Source: an uncultured Gammaproteobacteria bacterium (lineage in GTDB: Bacteria > Patescibacteriota > Patescibacteriia > Veblenbacterales > UBA10138). Taken from it: a stretch of 64,000 bases of DNA. The notes beneath the pieces are model-generated. The model searched no databases. It had not been told where the DNA came from and was given only the letters and a program-made list of their open reading frames with translations. This document shows positions 59,308 to 64,000 of this stretch, piece by piece. The stretch is taken from positions 166,276-230,275 of the forward strand of contig CAYVOI010000001.1 of NCBI GenBank assembly GCA_964453605.1. The letters run 5' to 3'. A program made the position numbers and the translations under genes. Each line of letters opens with the position of its first letter. Position 1 is the first letter of the stretch.

Positions 59308-59571
59308 CTAGACTGCTAGGGCCATTTCTGGTTGAATTCCCGGCTCCATGGTGGCTTTGATGCCATTGGTCTGCAGAATCTGCAGGTGTTCGTCGGTGCC
59401 CTCGCACACTAGCATGAAGGGTGGGGTGACCTGGAGCCCGGAAGCTTGTGGCTTGGCATTCAAGCCGGTGAGGGTGCGAATCTTCTTGACCATTTCTCTG
59501 TAGGGAGGAATCATGGGGTGAGTCGCGGCCGCCTCAACTGTTATTTTCTGCACGTGGCTTGCAGCTGTCAT
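59308..59571 (-). CDS. Hypothetical protein
   Basis: GAGGT SD, upstream TTGACA promoter, downstream inverted repeat. Confidence 0.6.
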   Translation of the reverse strand: MTAASHVQKITVEAAATHPMIPPYREMVKKIRTLTGLNAKPQASGLQVTPPFMLVCEGTDEHLQILQTNGIKATMEPGIQPEMALAV

Positions 59572-59670
59572 AGAAACCTCGTTGTTGTATGGTGATTTTG
59601 GTTTGTAAAAACTTCGTATCCTTTTTAGGCAAGGATACGTCGAGTTGCCCCTACTGTCAAACCCTGTGTG

Positions 59671-61503
59671 TTAGCTTCTAGCCAGTGCAGCTTGGCGTTT
59701 GGCTTCGTTTTCGTCCAGTATCAGTTTACGAATGCGAACATTTTTGGGTGTAACTTCAACCAGCTCGTCAGCTCCAATGTATTCTAGAGAGTCTTCCAGG
59801 TCCATGGTGTGGGGGGTGTTGAAGTGTTCGGCGGAACCATCACCCTTGGAGCGCATGTTAGAAAGCTGCTTGGCCTTACACACGTTCACGCGAATGTCCC
59901 CTGGGCGCGAGTTCTGCCCGACCACTTGGCCCTTGTACACCTCTACCCCTGACCCAATGAACATAACGCCGCGGTCTTGCACGTTGAGAAGGCCATAGAG
60001 GTTGCTGGTGCCGCTTTCGTGCGCCACCAAGCTGCCCTGTTCGCGTTCGTGCCAGCCCCCGGGATCGGCTTGGTACTCAAAGAACATGGTGTTCATAATC
60101 CCCAAGCCGCGGGTGTCGGTGAGGAACTCAGTACGGTAGCCAAACAAACCCTTGGTCGGCACCGCAAACTCGAGGAACGTAATGCCGTTCTCCACCCGCA
60201 TTTCTTTAAGTTCGCCGCGCCGAGCGCCCAGTTTTTGTATGACTACACCAGCGTGTGCCTCGGGCACTTCAATAAATACCAGTTCATACGGTGTCAGGGT
60301 AGCACCGCCTGCTTGTTTATTGATTACCTGGGGCTGGGCGACCTGGAACTCATACCCCTCACGCCGCAAACGCTCAATCAAAATAGCCAAGTGCAGCTCA
60401 CCCCGGCCTGACACCACCCATCCGCCAGGCGGCGGTCCACTAGCGTCGTCTTCTACCCGAAGGGCCATGTCAGTTTCGAGCTCTTTGTAGAGCCGGTCCC
60501 TGACCTGCCGCGAGGTTACAAACGTGCCCTCGCGTCCGGCGAACGGGGAGTTGTTAACACTGAATGTCATTTTTACCGTGGGCTCCTCAATCTTCAACAA
60601 GGGGAGTGCTACCGGGTTCACGGGGTCAGCTACGGTTTCACCAATCGTGACGTCGGAAATTCCAGCCAGCGCCACAATGTCCCCAACGCTGGCGGAGGTT
60701 ACCTCCACCCGCCCCAAACCCTCAAACGTCATCAGAGAAACTAGGCGACACTTTTCGCTCTGGCCTTGGCGGTTGATGTGTGCCACCTCTTGCCCAGCCT
60801 TAACTGTGCCGTTCATGACCTTGCCAGTGGCGATGCGGCCCTTGAACGTGTCACCGCTGATGGTAGTAACCAAAATTTGTAAAGGCTTGTCAACCTCGCC
60901 CTTGGGCGCTGGCACGTACTTGAGGATAGCCTCAAAAATGGGGTTGATGTCCGTCATCTTGTTTAAGTCCGGCTCAAAGCCAGCTTTGCCGTCGCGGGCT
61001 GAGGCGTACACAATGGGGAAGTCGGCGGCTTCGTCGCTCGCCCCCAGTTCCACAAACAGGTCAAACGTTAGTCCGTGTACGTGGTCTATGCGGGCGTCTG
61101 GTTTATCTATTTTGTTTATGACCACAATAACCTTAAGCCCCATCTTAAGTGCCTGCTTTAGCACGAACCTGGTTTGGGGCATGGGGCCTTCCTTAGCATC
61201 CACCAGCAGCAGACAGCCGTCGGCCATGGTGAGTACGCGCTCTACCTCGCCGCCAAAGTCGGCGTGGCCGGGGGTGTCGATGATATTGATCTTGGTCCCT
61301 TGCCAGTTTATGGAAGCGTTCTTAGAGAAAATGGTGATACCGCGCTCACGCTCCAGCTCATTTGAATCCATGATCAATTCCTTGCTCTCCATTTCCTTAC
61401 CGAGCTTGGTTTTAGATTGGCGCAGCAAAGCATCGACCAGGGTAGTTTTACCATGATCGACGTGTGCAATGATAGCTACGTTACGAATGGAATTAGAGGT
61501 CAT
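59671..61503 (-). CDS. typA: Translational GTPase TypA/BipA
   Basis: IRNVAIIAHVDHGKTT, DTPGHADFGGEVER, NKID, GRGELHL, ELVEVTP..RIRK; true start MTSNS at 61503. Confidence 0.98.
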   Translation of the reverse strand: MTSNSIRNVAIIAHVDHGKTTLVDALLRQSKTKLGKEMESKELIMDSNELERERGITIFSKNASINWQGTKINIIDTPGHADFGGEVERVLTMADGCLLLVDAKEGPMPQTRFVLKQALKMGLKVIVVINKIDKPDARIDHVHGLTFDLFVELGASDEAADFPIVYASARDGKAGFEPDLNKMTDINPIFEAILKYVPAPKGEVDKPLQILVTTISGDTFKGRIATGKVMNGTVKAGQEVAHINRQGQSEKCRLVSLMTFEGLGRVEVTSASVGDIVALAGISDVTIGETVADPVNPVALPLLKIEEPTVKMTFSVNNSPFAGREGTFVTSRQVRDRLYKELETDMALRVEDDASGPPPGGWVVSGRGELHLAILIERLRREGYEFQVAQPQVINKQAGGATLTPYELVFIEVPEAHAGVVIQKLGARRGELKEMRVENGITFLEFAVPTKGLFGYRTEFLTDTRGLGIMNTMFFEYQADPGGWHEREQGSLVAHESGTSNLYGLLNVQDRGVMFIGSGVEVYKGQVVGQNSRPGDIRVNVCKAKQLSNMRSKGDGSAEHFNTPHTMDLEDSLEYIGADELVEVTPKNVRIRKLILDENEAKRQAALARS

Positions 61504-61598
61504 ACTTGTTTTGCCGTGGCCTGCCCCGTAGTTCCGCCCCAAGCGGATACTGTGGGGTCGACGTGGGCGATGATAGCAACATTACGGATGTTCTGCAT
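61500..61598 (-). pseudogene. 32-aa leader ORF: second copy of the typA N-terminus interrupted by a hairpin element
   Basis: MQNIRNVAIIAHVD-[38-nt element]-HGKTS (frameshifted); its TGA overlaps the typA ATG (ATGA). Confidence 0.85.
61520..61557 (-). repeat. 38-nt nested hairpin+CAGG element
   Basis: Minus strand CCCCACAGTA-TCCGC-TTGGG-GCGGA-ACTACGGGG-CAGG. Confidence 0.8.
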
Positions 61599-61762
61599 GG
61601 TTGGAATAAAAATAGCTCGAGGAGCAAGTCGCTTACCTCAAGCAACCTTAGGCCATGATAGGTGGAATTGCGCGCGCTGTCAACCCTGGTTTGGGTAGCG
61701 TTAACTAGATATAATTAAAAAAGAGCCTCCAGCAAAAAAATTTTGCTGAAGGCTCAAGAGTA

Positions 61763-61844
61763 TCCGCCTTCATCCCACTTAGCGGGACTACGGCGGACAG
61801 GCAAGAGGAACGAGTCCTCCCCGCGCTCCTCTACGCGGGGCGAG
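61763..61844 (+). repeat. Two tandem hairpin+CRRG elements downstream of the 61831 gene
   Basis: tccgcc-ttca-tccc-acttagc-ggga-ctac-ggcgga-CAGG|caag (61763-61801) and ccccgcg-ctcctcta-cgcgggg-CGAG|caag (61819-61844). Confidence 0.7.
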
Positions 61845-62697
61845 CAAGGTTCGAGATTGGTTTTGGATACTTCCGGGAGGCACCAGCGCCAAGGTGGCAG
61901 CCACGGACGTTATCCATGGAGTAGCTCATGCTGAACCCATCAGAACCGAGGTAGCCACCTTCGAAGCGGAAAACGTCCGAAGAAAGGTCCTTACACCGAG
62001 CATACCGATTGGGGTTGGCTCGTACTCCTGTTTTCTTGAAGTAGTGGAACGACTTCACGGTTTCCTCGATGGCGAGTGGAAGCTCGTAGTCAGCGCCCAC
62101 CATGACTTGCTGCTCCGGGGTGGTCTTGTTTTCTGACTTCGGCACAATCTCAATGTGCGTCAGGTACCACCGCAGCTCCATCGTTACCGTGGCAAGGTTC
62201 TGGTCACTGTACCCGGCGTTGTCGTAGGTGTAGAATTTGGGCTGTCCTGTGGATGGGTAGAACTCCCTGAACTTCACGATGGAGAGCTTCTCGCCCTTGA
62301 TTTCCTCAAGCCCGACGTGGGCAAAGTGGCAATCGCGCACGGTTTTGCCACACAGCGGGCAGGTGGACAGCAGCACCTCCTCGTTCCAGGGGAATAGCGC
62401 CAGCTCCTTGAGCTGCTTCTTGGTGTAGATGCCACCGTAGGTGGCAACCCAGTCTTCGGGGCCCCAGTAGTTTTTGCCCATGATGGCACGGGCAATACGC
62501 TGGTCGAGCGAGGGTTCGATGCCCCGACGGAGCATGAAGTTGGCGACCTTTTTGTTGAACGGGTCATTCTCATCATCAAGCTGAGTGATGATAGCAGCAC
62601 CTTGGCTACCGAGGTTATTGAACAGCTTGCTCAGGGCAGTGTTATGCTTTCCCACGGGAACTGTCCAAACAGTTCCTTCTTTTGGTGAGTTTGGCAT
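61831..62697 (-). CDS. Hypothetical protein, putative DGR-type variable (CLec-like) protein
   Basis: AAGGAG SD; CPLC motif; C-terminus YARCKDLSSDVFRFEGGYLGSDGFSMSYSMDNVRGCHLGAGASRK. Confidence 0.75.
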   Translation of the reverse strand: MPNSPKEGTVWTVPVGKHNTALSKLFNNLGSQGAAIITQLDDENDPFNKKVANFMLRRGIEPSLDQRIARAIMGKNYWGPEDWVATYGGIYTKKQLKELALFPWNEEVLLSTCPLCGKTVRDCHFAHVGLEEIKGEKLSIVKFREFYPSTGQPKFYTYDNAGYSDQNLATVTMELRWYLTHIEIVPKSENKTTPEQQVMVGADYELPLAIEETVKSFHYFKKTGVRANPNRYARCKDLSSDVFRFEGGYLGSDGFSMSYSMDNVRGCHLGAGASRKYPKPISNLARPA

Positions 62698-62852
62698 TGT
62701 AAATCTCCTTTTTGCTTTGGCCTTTTGAGGCTTTAGCGGTTTGTATTTTCCTCTGTACCCGAGGCAGGGTGCCTTTCCTTGTATGTGTTGGTTACGGAAA
62801 GACAGGTCAACGTAACACGTTGGCCATGCTTATGTCAAGCAAGTAGATTGTT

Positions 62853-64000
62853 TTACTCAGTGCTGCTCTGCTCGCGCCACAGCGCGGCGTAGAGCCCAGG
62901 TTGGGCTACCAGTTCGGCGTGCTTACCCAGCTCAACCACCTGGCCCCGCTCTAGCACGTAGATGCGGTCCGCGTGCGCCACGGTCGAAAGCCGGTGGGCA
63001 ACCAGAACCGTCATGAGGTTCGGACGTGTGCTCGAAATGGCGCGGATGGTGGCGGTGATGGCGCGCTCGGTAATAGAGTCCAGGCTCGAGGTAGCCTCGT
63101 CAAAAATAATGAGGTCAGGGTTCCTCAAGAGTGCGCGCGCAATCGCCAGGCGCTGGCGTTCACCGCCCGAAAGCTTGATACCCGCCTCCCCAATGCGCGT
63201 GTCGAGCCCCTGTTTGCCGCGCTCCAGAATGCTCTGCGCCTGCGCTTGGTCCAGCGCCTTCAGGCAGTCACCGTCGGTAGCCTCTGGCCGCACGAACAGC
63301 AGGTTCTCGCGGATGGTGCCGGCGAAGAGCTGAGTTTCCTGGGATACGTAGCCAATGTGGCGCCTGAGCTCGTCTACGTCAATAGTGTTCGACGGTATGC
63401 CGTTCACGCTTACCTGTCCGCTGGTTGGTTGGTATAAGCTTACCAAGAGCTTCACCAGGGTCGTTTTGCCTGAGCCTGATGGGCCAACAAAAGCTACAGT
63501 CTCTCCGCGGTTTACTTCCAGGTTTACACCCTCGAGTGAGGTGTTGGCCGCACTGGCGTAGCTAAAGCTTACGTTGGTAAAACTCAAGTGGCTAATAGTC
63601 CCCGTTGGTTTAGGATTGGCTGGTTTAACCTCAGGTTTGAGCTGTAGAATTTCCTCCAGCTTGTCCAGGCTGGCCGAGGCTTCTTGGTAGTTGGCGGTCA
63701 CCGTGCCAAACTCACTGAGCGGCTGGAACAGGAAGAACGAGTAGAACAGCAGGCTAAAGAACTGCCCCAGGGAGATGCCACCCTGGAACACGTACCACAG
63801 CATGAGCAACATAATGCTAGAGCGGAGTGCGTTGATAACCGTGCCCTGCACAAAGCTCAATTTACGGATGAGCTTCACCTTCTTAAGTTCCAGCTCGAGG
63901 ATTTGCTCGTTCACGCGGTTGAGCCTCAAGGTTTCCTGTTCGTCGAGCCCCAGGCTCTTTACGAGCTCTACGTTGCGCAAGGTTTCGGTAGTGGAGCCAG
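62853..64000 (-). CDS. ABC exporter, fused permease/ATP-binding protein (5' part outside the window)
   Basis: GPSGSGKT, LSGGERQR, DEATSSLD, AHRLST. Confidence 0.95.
   Translation of the reverse strand, partial: GSTTETLRNVELVKSLGLDEQETLRLNRVNEQILELELKKVKLIRKLSFVQGTVINALRSSIMLLMLWYVFQGGISLGQFFSLLFYSFFLFQPLSEFGTVTANYQEASASLDKLEEILQLKPEVKPANPKPTGTISHLSFTNVSFSYASAANTSLEGVNLEVNRGETVAFVGPSGSGKTTLVKLLVSLYQPTSGQVSVNGIPSNTIDVDELRRHIGYVSQETQLFAGTIRENLLFVRPEATDGDCLKALDQAQAQSILERGKQGLDTRIGEAGIKLSGGERQRLAIARALLRNPDLIIFDEATSSLDSITERAITATIRAISSTRPNLMTVLVAHRLSTVAHADRIYVLERGQVVELGKHAELVAQPGLYAALWREQSSTE

Noticed and set aside
60524-61456. 310-aa antisense ORF, and similar shadow ORFs over rpoB, rpoC, ftsK and ychF
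   Set aside because: Expected antisense shadows of GC-rich, codon-biased genes
1-64000. CRISPR array, rRNA, transposase, integrase, reverse transcriptase or DGR template repeat
   Set aside because: No regularly spaced repeats, no recognisable catalytic motifs and no long AAC-rich copy of any variable-like region found by eye

Overview
Bacterial chromosome segment, about 54-58% GC by eye, standard genetic code. It is most consistent with a Patescibacteria/CPR (Parcubacteria-like) genome; this is inferred from gene content, SD-less starts just after TATACT boxes and a non-canonical EF-P loop. The core backbone is ruvB, polA, holA, rpsT, uvrB, ruvA, femAB-like, murE, rpoB-rpoC, ftsK, recA, efp, rpsF-ssb-rpsR, ychF, typA and three tRNAs (Glu, Cys, Arg), with surface-protein genes and single accessory genes in between. 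No transposase, integrase, reverse transcriptase, rRNA or CRISPR array was seen. Three linked observations stand out. (1) Both uvrB and typA are preceded by a short second copy of their own N-terminus. Each copy differs mostly at synonymous positions, is interrupted inside a conserved Asp codon by a GC-rich nested hairpin ending in CAGG/CAAG, and forms a leader ORF whose stop overlaps the real start. (2) The same hairpin+C(A/G)(A/G)G element family occurs at 8 or more sites, including a perfect 36-bp palindrome in frame inside murE. (3) Six dispersed genes have C-termini resembling DGR variable regions. Two of them share NNC-biased variation and an almost identical 34-nt 3' end containing the hairpin element; no template repeat or RT lies in the window.
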